A stretch of 64,000 nt of DNA from Azolla caroliniana (lineage: Eukaryota > Plantae > Polypodiophyta). The position numbers and the translations under genes are program-made. Under the pieces are notes generated by a model. It had not been told where the DNA came from. It worked only from the letters and a program-made list of their open reading frames with translations, and did no database searches. The DNA lies in the NCBI GenBank assembly GCA_043228905.1, contig JBHGNT010000005.1, forward strand, positions 7,068,001 to 7,132,000, read 5' to 3'. Positions 51,001 through 64,000 of the stretch are shown here, piece by piece; within the stretch, counting starts at the first letter, position 1; each line of letters opens with the position of its first letter.

Positions 51001-54000
51001 CTTTCTATCTACGAGTAGCAAACTACCATATTATGTTTAACTAGATACTGTCTACGAGCAGCATGCCTTAATACTTTGTTTAAATTTCTCTATCAAAACA
51101 TCGTAAACCTTCTGGAGGGCCCCGACAATCTTTATTGCATTAGAACTCCAATGAGCTTGGTCTACACACATTTACTAACTATTGCATGAGTATGATCCAA
51201 AGCTGAATCATATATTCATATTCAAATACCAGGTTTTCAAATACGATTATTGATACTACAGAAAGAATTGCAGAAAGTTAAGATGAATGTATGCACTTAT
51301 GTTCAGATCTCACCCTTTCAGCAACAGGCCACAACAGATAAAATAATGCAAAAAATACTTTTTAACAAGATCAAAGGTTAGATTAAAAATTACACCAAAT
51401 TAAATGTAAGACGATACTTGGAAAAAATAATACAGTAAATAAATCATTTTAGAGAATTAAGACTTTGGCCAATTGTACATTAAGAGACAATAGAATGATA
51501 CACAATCTTGCTTTATAGCTCAAATTCACTGTTGAATTACATTGTTTCACATGAGCAAGATATTGCAGTTAAGTGTTATGATAGTTCAGCATACACTGAA
51601 ATGTTCAAGCAAATTAACTTTGAATCACAGAAAGCTTTTTATAACACATTTGACAACTTAAAAATCAACAATTCAAATACATAAAAATATGCTTTCAACT
51701 TTGATACAGGCAAAGCTTTACAATAGAACCTCAATAATTTAAAAATTGCCAATCCAAATATGTAAATGCAAGCTTGATGAGAAAAAACCTTGTTTCTCAT
51801 GCTTTCTTAAATGAATGCCAAGTATGTAGCCTTTATTCTAAAATGCAATCTAAATATTTCATCATGGTATTTAGCAGAAATCAATTTAAATGGAATCATT
51901 GAATGGGACGTTTTGATGGTACTGAGAAACCATGTGCAACTAACTATTTAGATGCTGAACAATCCAGTCCAGTTGTGATTTTTATACACATTTGAGCATA
52001 TCAAAACAGTGAAAGGGAACAATAACTAACATCCTCAGGAAACTCTTCTGTAATATATAGAGATCCTTTTGATCTTGTCACAAAAGATTCCATATTCTTT
52101 GCATCTTTCGCACCACACAACTGGAAAGATCTACATAATAATCATTCCAGATAATTAATCTCTTTAACACTGCAGACAGGTTCTACTCCACTTTTCTATC
52201 TCCACTCAGCCTTGCAACCCTACTTTCAAGTAGAAGCCTTCCAATAGTGATGGCCAACATACTATGGGTACGAAGCGTTTATATGATACAGATAGTTGGA
52301 TAATCCATACGTTGATTGACAAAATACTGTTAATGTCATCGATCCCTCTGTTCTAGACAGCAAATATCGGTGACACTTTTAAAGTTATTAGAGTTCTAAT
52401 CCAAGGAAGTGAAGATGCCATTTCACAAGCATCATATATCATTTACGGAATTCGCTCAAGGTATGGATCCTTATATATGCAAAGCATAACTTCCTATGAT
52501 GAAAATCTCAAAGGATCTGAACACCGTTACGTTGAATAAACTCTGCAACCATAGTTTTGCGACACTGCTATTACTCTTTGGTACTGGGCTTCACTTAAAC
52601 ATATTAGCTTTACTTGCCCATTGTTCAGTTGTAATATGATCTGAAATTCAGTAATTCTCTTTCATGCTGAACTTTCCAAGAAATGGTAAGAATCCAATTG
52701 TTGAACATTCTCAGTTTCATGCATTACTTGGCCCAGCACGTAATAAGCAAGAAACTTGCTTCTTCTAGCAAAAAGGCTACGGAACACCTTATAAATCCTC
52801 AGATTGAGACATCCAAGAAATGGCACACAATTTCGTATGGATAGTTTTCGACATTCCCCAAAGTCAAAGCTCTAAACAAACATCAATTGACAGTACAATT
52901 GCATATTATACAACCAGGATAGCTCTTTTTATAAGGGAAAATGAGAACCTCGCACTTGATCACGAAAGCATGGGAACAAAATATTTTATTACAGTTTAAG
53001 AAAACAAAATCTAAGTTTCCTACCTTCTCCACGTTTTAAGCAAAGTTCCACTGACTAATTTTCAAACATTCCCAAATTCTAAGTTCTAAATAAACGCCAA
53101 TTGACACTAACAGTTCTCTCTTACCACTCCATATTGTACAACCAGGAGAAGTCGTTTATAAGGGCAAATGAGAACCTCAAACTCGAATATAAAATCAAAA
53201 AATAATCAATTCCAACATAAGGGCAGAGTCTTCGCCTTTGTTGATAAAAAATTCCTTGCTTCATGTATAGAAAGCATCATAGGTACAACTTTCATCTTTG
53301 GCCCATTGAACATCAGGTGTGTGTAGGCCAAAGTATATGTAAACTCAACGCTCAAGAACATTTGTAGGCCTATAGCAGATAAGTTCTAGGAATTAAACAA
53401 ACAGGCGAGTATTATAACAAAGAAAAGCACAATCCTAATTGTTCGTCATTCGTCTATTAGCTGATTAAATCATGCTAGGTTCAATCCATTGAGAAAATAT
53501 AAATTTCACACGATGACTGGCAGTCCATATGACTCTATAGATGGCTAAGGAAATCGTGCCATTGAATTTTAGAGCATCAAGGTGACGAAGGATGGAGCCT
53601 CTAATCAATTACGAGCTGAGAAATGAATTGGGACATCGGCCAAAAACTTGACACTTGAAAAACCATATATAGCAGTAATGAGAATCTAAAACGTCCTGAC
53701 AAGAAGGTTTATAACAAAGCCCTGGCCATCTCCAGCAGCTCTATTCAAAATCTGCGAAATTCACCGCATATCTGCCCAGCTATCGTTAATGAGAACATAG
53801 ATCTGAGACGTCAAATCAAGATTTTATGTAATGTCGAACCAATGCGTTCTAAATACATATCATATCCAGTTCAAGTGGGTCTGGTCATAGAAATACATTC
53901 GCTTCAAATGCTTGATAGAAATATCCAGTTGAGTGGTGGATATTGGAGGAAGCTTTGAAAGAAAGCTCATGCTCCAATAAGTCCTAAACGTTATGGGATT

Positions 54001-54072
54001 TTTCTGAAATGTTCGAGACTGCCCAAATATAAAGAAAGCCTAGAACAACTCCCTTGCTCTCACGTGATCAAA

Positions 54073-57000
54073 TCAACGTCGGAAAGGGCGACCACCACCC
54101 CGTGGAAAATCATCACGGTCACGACCCCCGCGGAAATCATCCCGTCCACCTCCACCTCCACCTCCACCACCACGAGGGCCTGGAGCTCGAGCGAATTGCA
54201 AACGTAGAGAATCGGACTCTCGACTTGTTTCGTCAAATTTATATCCTGGAAAACCAATAGGTTAGCTTAAAGTTCACTTATGTTGCTGTAGCTGCTGCGA
54301 AACAATGTCGGATCTTTTCCTCGAATATTACCCAACAGGTTGACAAACATACTAATACATGGATGAAGTGTTGTTCTTAAAACGTAGAGCCATCCCTACT
54401 AAACTTGAGTATTGAAGCTGCCATTTATTTTTCAGCCCGCAATAAATGTCAAAGATCGACAAGGGCTCGACAAACTTCCATCCCGTAATCAATCGAACAA
54501 CGAAAAGGATGTTAATTGTCAAGAATGTCAATATTATCAGTGGATGGATGCACAAACAAGGAATACAGCTGTTCTCATCTATCTGTAAACTTAGAGAAAA
54601 CTACTTCAAATTTCAAGCATCTTGACTGCTTTAATCCATGCAACAGACCTTTCCCTAGGATTAAGTGCCCATTTCACATATACAAAACTGGCTTCAAGTC
54701 GCACAATCCAAACTCAAGCAGGAAATCAAAACTGTGATCTGTATTGCAATTCATTTGCAACACTGAAAAGCCTTACGTGCATCCACCTTCAATTTCTATT
54801 TTACTAAGGACTCACTGCAATTTTACTAATTTACTTGAGCATGGAAATACTCAAAATCTTCATTTGTGATCAGATATGTCAATCTTTAACCCTCTTCATA
54901 GTCAAGACCAGTGTGGGCCAGCTTCTTGATTAGCAAAACGTTCTCTCAGTACTAATTTCTCATGTTTACACGTGTATTTCAATCCATTTGAAGCAACACA
55001 AAGCCTTACAGCCATTCGCTTTCAATTATTAAGTCTTACAACATTTTGAAACTTCACTTGAGCACACCAAGCATCAAAATCTTTGTTCATTGCAACACAA
55101 AAGTGTAACATATATCAATATTTCCCTTTCTCCGTAGTGAAGACCAGTTATGGGTCAGTTTATGAATTAGTAAAATGTTCTCTCAATGCTGATTTCTCTT
55201 TTTCATCTAGCTGATGATACTAATTTCACATTTTCACGTATTTGACCTTTGGATGCTTCATTTCATCCCTCAGATCTTTATTTGCAGCAACGTAAATGTG
55301 TAGAAAATTCGCAGATCGATTTCTGAATTACAAAGTTCTTCTCTCAATTCCAAATATTTGAACTTCTTGATCCATGCAATTTATGACCAACAGCTCTCTT
55401 ACGAGTATTAATCTCAGCTGCAGTTCCCTAATGATCTCTGTAAAAATCCTAGCTTAAATTTTTACATCCCACAAAATTATGACTCATTGTGTTGAATATT
55501 TGATTGAATACTTCAGTTCAGCTCGCGGAAGATTAAGAATTAATTGATGGAGCGGTACAAAAAGCTATTGTGAACTGTAACAAGTAATTTACAACCACGA
55601 CACACCTTAATAGTATTATTTGTTGTTTATATCAATTTCTTTGGTCATGTCTTGTACTGGAATCACAAGATAATGTACAACGGAATGAATCCAATGTTAC
55701 AATATGGGCCAAGGATTAACCTTGTTGCTTTTCAAAGGGACTGAGAAACTATATGATTGCTCAGATCTATTATACATGTTGTTATTAGATACAAGTTTAT
55801 GTCAAGTTCTTTGGTCGTGTCTTGTACTAGAAGCACAAGATAAGCTATAAGGGAATCAGTCCAATGTTACAATATGGGACAAGGACTAATTCTTGTTGCT
55901 TTTTAAAGGGAATGAGAAACTATATGATTGCTTAGATCTATTATGCATGTTACAAGTTAAAACATGACAACAGCATCCATTACCAACCCTATGTCTGATC
56001 AATTTTTCAAAAATGCAAACATTGCCTTCAATTCACAGTAGAAGGCCATCCATGTCATGTACGACATAGTACAGTAAGGGCTATGTACTCACAGACACAG
56101 AATGGAAGTCAGATCAAAGCTTATGCATTTGAAATTTTCTTAAAATGCTAAAATCTTGTAGATAGAAAAGCGGAACATACCTTGCAATGCCTCCATGGCT
56201 GTTGCTGCAGACCTGGGATCAGTAAAATCTACAAAGCAGAGAACTAATTGATCACCTCCAGGCTGCAATAATGCAAAAGAAAATTTACTTTAGAACAAGA
56301 TTGAAATTTGGACTATTTCTGTAGAATTGTAATAACCCACCCTTTTTGCATCCTTTCGGACAAGGCGAACATCTTTGAATCCAAGAAATGGGCGAAAGAC
56401 ATCTATGTAATGAAGATGTCAAGAACAAACATAGAAAGCATGGTATACTTAAACAAATGAGAATTACAAATCCTCCAGCTAAATTAAAAGGATACGTGAT
56501 GCTTCTCTTTTAGTACAATCAGAAGGTAGGCCTTCAACAAACAAAGTTGGTGATGCATCAGATGGAAGAAGCCCAGGTGCACCTGTCCTGGGAAGTGGGT
56601 TCTCTTGTCTTGGAAGATATTCATTTCGCCCAATGGTGGATGGCTTATCAACGCCCAGCATCTGTCCCTGTCCTAAAAGACCAAGATCATCATGTGTTGA
56701 TAGACCAAGATTCAAAGACCCGTGTCCGCTTAAACCTAGATGACCACTGGTTACACCAGACCTATCAGCACCACTCAAACCAGATCCATATCCCATCTGT
56801 AAATGCAAAGCATATGAGTAATCTGTTGAAATATTCCCAATAGGAGCTAAGACTCATATAGCTACCCCAAGTGAATCGGGTTCCCTCCATGCATGACGGC
56901 CATCTCTTTCTTCGAAACGGGGCTCCTCTCGTGGAAAGTAGGCTGATGCAGGTGGTGCTAAATCATCTGCACATAGAACCACAAAGAGGCCTTAAACCAA

Positions 57001-58404
57001 ATTCAAAAAGAAGAGAAATTTCTGACAAAATGCATTTAGATATACAATTTGACAATGAGCAGCACTACTATTAAGTTACCGTATTATTATTAGAATATGT
57101 ATAGCATATCATTCTAAAGCAAACATTCCAAAACATCAATACGTATCATTCTATATGACAGAGACTGATATCATTCACGAAAAGGGTAAAAATAAAGAAC
57201 ATAATCAACTTATTAAATGGTATAGGAAAATTTGCCAATTATATACAGAACTCTTATGTGTACAGAGATTTGACCCAATCTTTCAGTTTTTCCAATTCTT
57301 CACTTGTTTTCAGTGAATATCACTTCTTGTTCCTTAATTTTGTTGCAAAATAGGGTGAATAAAAATATCAAAAAGTAAATATTCTCTTGAAATATCATCA
57401 CTTGGCAATTAAATCAAGCCTACTCCCCCCCCCCCCAATACCAACACTAGAAGTAAACACAGAACAACAAAAACATGGACCGATTCATGTGGTTTAAAAA
57501 CTAGGCTGTTCATATATCATGGAATCAGGCGTTACATCTGGTTCAAATGGTAGGAATTTTCCCTCTAAAGTTGGTTCAAATATATGCCCTCTCCATAGGC
57601 ATTCTATAATGCTAATAAATGCTACCTCCTTGAAATCCAATCAATGGAAGAGAAATTTTCCTATAAAAAGTTATTTCCAATTTTATATAGTATGTAACTT
57701 TTGGCATATGCATATGAGTCCTATATAAAATAACGTTTTCAAGTTCAGAGACATTTTAGTATTTCAATGCAAGGAAAGGAAATACACCACCAAAGAAAGT
57801 ACTCTCTTTTCTGTATCAAAACTTGAGGGCAAGAAAATACACTGCTGTCTATATAAAATTTTGAATGAGGAAATCGATGAAAAATACTGTTTTTAGTGGA
57901 AAATACAAAACACGTTGGAGAGAAACAAGTGTAATATCACAAAGGCGCATCTCTTTAAACCAGCAGAATGCACGCGTAAAGTCTGTCTATCAATGAATTA
58001 AAACGTAAGACAAAGCAAAAACAAGAAAACGATGATAACAAAAAAAAAAATCTTCGAGAAAGAAACGACGACAAACGCTACAGCATGTGTTTGTGTTGCA
58101 AAATCAAGGCAACAACAACACAAATATAGGTTTCCTAACAAAAGAAGACATATACAATGTCAAACACAGAACAGAAAAGATTAGATAAAGGGCAAAAAAG
58201 AAGACGGGAAGAACGAAAGAATGAGAGATAAGAGAGCAGTACGAAAATACGAGAGAAGAAATGTGGACAGATATAAGGAAAGAAAAACGGAAACTGAAAG
58301 CAAGAGGAGAGAAGCAGTCAAAACTAACCGAAATCGTTTCTGAGGCGTTTGAGGGGGGCTTGACCAGGTCCCATTCTGTCTGCGAAGCGCCAGTAATCCG
58401 CCAT
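54073..58404 (-). CDS. NSR: Nuclear speckle RNA-binding protein (NSRa/NSRb/RBP1-like), single RRM with Gly/Arg-rich tail, 6 coding exons
   Basis: Exons 58404-58329 (MADYWRF..LKRLRNDF), 56966-56866, 56796-56496 (DASPTLFVEGLPSDCTKREAS), 56402-56341 (HVFRPFLGFKDVRLV), 56262-56181 (LVLCFVDF..AATAMEALQG), 54245-54073 (YKFDE..LRLQFAR.PGPRGGG). All phases are consistent. Confidence 0.92.
54750..55950. repeat. Two pairs of tandem duplications inside NSR intron 5
   Basis: ~54750-54960 resembles ~54985-55200 (diverged). ~55638-55780 resembles ~55808-55950 (closer; TTCTTTGGTC.TGTCTTGTACT...GAGAAACTATATGATTGCT). Confidence 0.75.
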
Positions 58405-58492
58405 ATCTGAGCAGACAGCAAGCGCTGACACGGAGGACAGAAGAGAACAATCAATCGATGGATCGAAACGCACGCAGGCAGAGCGTGCACAG

Positions 58493-58506
58493 AAACCCTA
58501 ACCCTA
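58493..58506. promoter_or_regulatory. Telo-box near the NSR transcription start
   Basis: AAACCCTAACCCTA ~90 bp upstream of the ATG. Telo-boxes are typical of plant RNA-processing and translation genes. Confidence 0.5.
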
Positions 58507-58725
58507 GAAGCAGAGAAGTCAGTTGATACTGATGAATTAATTGTGTGGAGTCGAGTTTGCTTTTCTTAATTGCCCGAAATGCCCTTCCTTTCCAATGGGG
58601 AACCGACTTTAACTTTCTTAATTTCCACAAATACCCCTCCTTTCCATTTTTCGTTTTTCCATGATTTTCTTAAGCTACAAATAAAACCTAGCCACTACTA
58701 CTAGTCTACTACTACGCAGAGACCA

Positions 58726-58962
58726 AAGTACAAGTAGAAGAGTACTCATCCTAAGGTGGGCTTTCCTAATTAGATGCTTCCAACGTTTCCTAACGCTATA
58801 ACAAGTTCTTAAGTACAAGTAACGACGCACTCACAATGAGGTGGGCTTCCTACTTAGAAAGTTAGATGCTTTCTACCGTTTCCTGAAGCCATAACAAGTT
58901 CTTAAGTACAAGTTGTGAAGCACTCATCCTAAGGTGGGCTTCCTACTTAGAGGCTTCCAACA
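58726..58962. repeat. Tandem repeat, 3 units of ~85-95 bp, in the NSR upstream region
   Basis: AAGTACAAGT...ACTCA...AGGTGGGCTT.CTA.TTAGA..CTT repeated at ~58726, ~58811 and ~58904. Confidence 0.85.
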
Positions 58963-60737
58963 TTTTTCCTGCTCGACCACTCATCCACGTCCTCCTTGAG
59001 ATCTTGTGTCGAGAATCGCCATCACATGCCAAGAACTAGGGGGTGTGCATTATATATATCTTATAGATATATTGAGCGAGGCCATTTGTAATCATTGCGT
59101 GGAGTACTAAAGATGGAAACTCCTACGTTTTGTGAGTTTAATGTAACCCAAGTGAGATGAGTGTCCCAATACATGGAGTCTTTCTTGGATGATGTAGTGA
59201 AGCCATGGGCATTCAAACTCATGAGAGTGATTGACTAACAACTTCGGCTTGTCAATACCCACACGAGGCAGAATGTGTGAAGATCCTAAAAAGATAAAGA
59301 CAAATACAAAAGTAGTCCTCACAATGTGGAAATAGATCAATATGTTTGTATTTTAGAGAGACAAAGAATATACCAATGACAATAACTCAATATTGGCAAA
59401 TAAATGAAAGATTACAATAACTAACAATGACACTTGTAATTGAATGATTATGAACTATGTAATCAACACTTCAATTAGTTATATGAGACTTCTATGCATG
59501 TACAAATAGAAGTAATAGCAATTTAGTAACGATGGGAGTAATTTGGATATCTAGCATGTCCACTTCATTCAATATATAGGCATCTAACATCCACAAAGAC
59601 GATGGTGGACATGCGTACTGACACAATCTACATGTGTGGTTGCACTTGATATTCCAGAAAGAGGAACTTTTAGAGTAACCTCCTCTCTGAAAGTTTATAG
59701 CATTTCAAGCATTCTCTCTTTCCGAAATGCATGGCATTGAGTTACTTATGATGCTTGGTGACTTTAGAACAAGCGATCTTACTATTTTTCATGCATTCTT
59801 CAAAAGCATATTGCAATCTATTCTTCCTTTGGATAAGTGAAATAAGCTCACATCTCAACTACTATGTTTCATTTGCCATTCTTCCACATCATTGGACATT
59901 CCCCTTTGTTCGCAATGTAGCAATACACATTCCCAATCTTTAATTCTATGCCCATGTGATCTCATGCAAATTTAGGCGATATTACTTCGTACACATGTTG
60001 ACACAAGAATAGTCACGTGAGCTTTCATTGAGAACTTGATAGCGAGTAGCAACTCTCAAATGTTCGAGAACTTTGCTAATGAATGTTACAATTGAGAGGT
60101 CACACAATGGGTGTGAGAAATTTGTTATTGGGTTTGGTTGAAGATGTGTGGAAAGCATGGTTGATTGAGATCAAAATCAAAATGTGATACTCTTATACTT
60201 CAAACAAAACCTGCATTGTCAACTAGTCTCATCACTTGTGCCCCACCGTATTGCACATGGGATACAGAGAGAGAGTTGATGCGGTCATGCCAATTGAGCC
60301 AACGCGGAGCAACAAAATAGAACACTGTGTGGCCATTAATGCGGTACACAAATGATGTGTGTGTAGTTTAGGAGAAGCGATACATGGTATAACAGAGACG
60401 TGTTGAATAAAGATACAAATCCACAACCTTGGATCAGAATGCAAATAAGCCATTACAGACAAAATGAAGGGATCTTTTTTGCAGGGTGATCCATAGACAA
60501 GAGACACTCTCATGCATTGTGTAAATGAAACCTTCCCTTTGGTGGTAGGTGCGAGAAAGACACATAAGAGTGATTGTCCCATGGTAGTGCCGTTACAAAT
60601 GATGGGGTGCCAAGTAAGAAAGGCACATGAGCATGGCGAAAAGAGTGTCATGGAATGATGAGGTGCCAAGCAAGTGAAGTGTAGCGCTCTCGCCCCCCTT
60701 ACTTACCTCACGAGGTGCTTTGGTGGGAGAATGGCCT

Positions 60738-60900
60738 GCGTGGCACGCCCACTACGAGACATGGGTGCCACGTAGGCCGGCCCTTACCCTTTCTTCCCTC
60801 ATGCTTGGTACTAGAGGAGACCACGTGGCAAAACCCAACACGTGGCACTCCCATTATGAACGAGCCGTGCCACGTAGGCAGGCACCCGCCCTTTCCTCAG
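60738..60900 (+). promoter_or_regulatory. G-box/ABRE cluster in a duplicated ~60-bp module upstream of the ABC1K gene
   Basis: GCCACGTAGG (60767, 60869), CCACGTGGC (60821), ACACGTGGC (60838), GCGTGGC (60738). The module CGTGGCAC.CCCA.TA...GTGCCACGTAGGC...CCCTTTC occurs twice. Confidence 0.65.
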
Positions 60901-61104
60901 GAACCACACAAATAATTTACTGACGCCAGAGAGGAGAGAGAGAGAGAGAAACTCCATAGCTGTCTCGCTTCAGCTTCCTCTCCATCTTCTGCATGTACGC
61001 AGAGAGAGAGAGAGAGAGAGAGAACTCCATAGCTCTCTTGATTCTTCGTCTTCTTCTCTTTCTTCTAGGGTTTCTCATCCTGTAACGCCTGATACTCAGG
61101 TATA

Positions 61105-63806
61105 ATGGCGCAATGTAACCTAACTTGCATTTCAGGTACACATTATTCCAAAACACATACACAGACGTATTGTCGTTCTGTTTCATTGTCGAATATATCA
61201 TCCTCCTCGTTACCATGGCAAGGAGTGCTCTCGCTTAAGCATTTCATAAAGAAAAAGATGAATACTCAGTATAGGCTCCGTCCTAACAGATCCTTTAACG
61301 TTTCACCTGGAGGAGATGATTTCGTTTGGAGAAGAAAAAAGAATATAGAAAGTAGAGTTGAAGCAGGTTCTATTGAAAGCTCAGATGTTTGGTCCGAGAA
61401 AAATGGCGAGAAAACATCATCCTTTGACAGATCAACAAAGAATAAAGGAAGAGTTGAAGCAGCCTCAATGGAAAGCTCAGTAGTAGATGTTCGGTCTGAG
61501 GAGAGTGACGTGAACATCTGGTCTGAGAAGAATGGTGAGAAATCATCACCATTTGACAGATCAAAAGCGTTTACTAGTATTTCGCGAAATGATGCCACTG
61601 AAAACAGGAATAATGCCACCAAAACAGTTGTGTTAATCGAACCAGAGAACAGCACAAAGATCATTCATGAAGATCCTTGGAAGATTCCATCTAAATTGCA
61701 AGAAGGAGGGCGGAAGCATGAAGAAAACATAGAACAGTTTTCAAATACAGTCTCTGAAGAACCGGAAATAACTAAAGGAAGTAAAGGACAGGAAAAAACA
61801 TTGGAAGGACCAGGAATAGCTAAAGGGAGTAAAGAAGGGTACGGAAACATGTTAGGCTTTTCTCGTTCATTCCGGAATTGGAAACAATCTTTAGAAAGTG
61901 ACAAGGTTTCAACAGATTCTGAATCGAGGCAAGCAAAGGGATTCTTGAAGATACTTGAGGATGATATTACCTTCGTCAAGGGAGGATGGAAGTGGATGGA
62001 AGAACAGGTTTTACCTTCCTTCACCGAGAATATGGAGAAAATACTGACATTGAAAGTGGTAGAAGATCCTTCTGCTATTCAAATTCCTGAACCTCAACCT
62101 TCGCCATCATATGACCCAGGTGCTTAATCCTCTTATTTGTATCATTTTGTACTTTTTGGTCTTATTTTTCGTATGAAATACAAATCACATTGCTGCTGCA
62201 TTTTACATTCATAGTGGGTTCACTCATTATTTAATGTAGTGTTCTCATGTATTCACATAGCACATTTACATTAGAACTGAGATTTTTTTTGTTCCTCTGT
62301 GACGTCAATGCATTATAACAACTGCAATGAAGACTTTCAAGCAAACATTGGCAAGTATTAGGAAAATGCAGTTACACGGCTACATAAATCCAAGATTATG
62401 TGTGTCACAATTTACTGCCATCTCTAGCTAGGGAGCATTAATACAGAATATTGGACAAAGTGTTGGATGGAAAATTTCTGATTACAAACAGTTTGGGTTG
62501 AGTCTTAGATTGAATTCAAATGCCATCTCCAACCAGGAAGCATCAATTCAAAATTAGAGAAAAGTTTTGGATTGGGAACCTGCAATGATTAAGAATTTTG
62601 TTTTGAGTCTCGGAGTGAGAATTGTGATGGCTAAATGGCATCTCTAACTAAGTAGTATCAGAGTGACAATTGTGATGGCTAAATGTCTGCAAATCTGCAG
62701 AGTTGCAAAGTTAAAAATTTCCACAATAGAGTAATGTTTTTTATCTTGGGTTGAGCGAATTTATCGTTTAAGTGTCATCTCTATTAGGTAGCATCGATAT
62801 GCAATGTCAGCAAAGGTTTGGATTTAGAATTTGTGATGGTTAAGAGTCTGGTTTTGATAATGTCTACTTTTAGTTGGTGGAAGATCCTTCTGCTCTGTAA
62901 CCATTTTGGACATATAATCTTCTTTATTTTATAATGTTTTATCCAGATTATTTCTTCTAGTTGTCAAATCTCCATTGGAACTCTACTATATTAAATAGTC
63001 GTGTGGTAAGATTGCATCCTGACTGATAGACTCTGGGGAGTTACTATAACTGATTCATTATGATTGAATATGTGGAATATAAGGACATTCAAAATACATA
63101 TTTCCTAGTTCTCGGGGTGAGTATATCCAGGGATTTTACAATATGAACTCCTAAACATGGAGGTTGGAATTGCCTTATCTCGGAAAGTTTGTATAGAATG
63201 ATTGCTTATCTCATATCTAACATCAACATCAATCAAGGGGCCAACCCATCAATGGTTGACTGACACTTTACACTTTCCTCAGTAGGGTTTAGGGTTAAAG
63301 AATGAAGAAAAATGTATTAATTTCTACCAAAAGCAAAAATCACAGATGAGTTCACAACAAGACAACTTATAAATAATTTATAGTGAAAAACTGAAGTTTG
63401 GGCTCAGAATGTCCATTGTTGATGCACTAGAGTAAAGAGTTTACAATAACGTGGCATACATCTTCTGTGACAAGCAACGATGAGTTTGATCTTTCTAAGT
63501 TAGAGAAGGAACACCCCAATGCTTATATTATGCACAGTTTATTTGGACTTTCATGTGCATTATTTTGAATTAAGAAAGAATTAACTTCTTTTCATCATGT
63601 CTCTTTTGATCACAAAGAATATGATTTCAGGATTATCTGGCATGGACCTTGTACTGGCAGATGCCGAAAAAATAAAAGGTTATGTAGACAATGCTGTTTT
63701 CTGGTTAATGGCGTGGAGAATCCCATTACAACCATTCTATAACCCACATATGGTAGCGTCGTATTTTAACAGAAGACCTCACGTTTTGTTGTTTCGTATT
63801 ATTCAG
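61105..63806 (+). CDS. ABC1K4: ABC1/UbiB atypical kinase, At2g39190 (ABC1K4)-like, 5' part; continues beyond the window
   Basis: Exon 1 61105-62119 (transit-peptide-like start; ends IPEPQPSPSYDP-G|GT). Exon 2 63631-63806 (GLSGMDLVLAD...PLQPFYNPHMVASYFNRRPHVLLFRIIQ|GTGAGA). The kinase domain is outside the window, so the subfamily call rests on recalled N-terminal motifs. Confidence 0.72.
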
Positions 63807-64000
63807 GTGAGATATGTTAATGTACATTTTGAACTGTTTGTATGTTTTTACCTTCCACACCAATAGTACTAGATATGGGTTGCATTTTTATGGAAAGTTT
63901 TGTTTATTTATCAAATCAGGTCCTACTTATATTTTACATGCACTTGTACCTGAAAATTTGACAAAGCTTGATTTTGGATATCTGTTTCAACTATATGATT

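Noticed and set aside
60232-60669. 145-aa minus-strand ORF
   Set aside because: Non-ATG start, no recognisable domain or splice context. Probably promoter-proximal repeat or non-coding sequence.

Overview
Eukaryotic land-plant genomic DNA, AT-rich with GT-AG introns and many microsatellites. The Tcn1-like chromovirus and overall repeat style suggest a seed-free plant, probably a fern; this is inference. Seven host genes can be reconstructed: a two-exon CYP71-clan cytochrome P450 (-), a 16-exon ATX3/4/5-type H3K4 methyltransferase that appears to lack the first PHD finger (+), two tandem intronless AZG purine/cytokinin permeases (+), an At5g52430-like Pro/Ser-rich protein (-), an NSR-type RRM protein (-), and the 5' part of an ABC1K4-like plastid kinase (+). 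Mobile DNA includes nested hAT-type MITEs with 8-bp TSDs, foldback MITEs and a decayed LINE. The LINE is interrupted by a young, internally deleted chromovirus (24289-26345). The most unusual object is that element's left LTR: U3 plus the first ~11-12 nt of R, then AT, then an exact inverted copy of R/U5. This is the sequence expected of a Tf1-style self-primed minus-strand strong-stop cDNA, fixed in the genome. The same LTR carries a perfect heat-shock-element array and an antisense tRNA-shaped A-box/B-box segment. All exon boundaries and alignments were made by eye.
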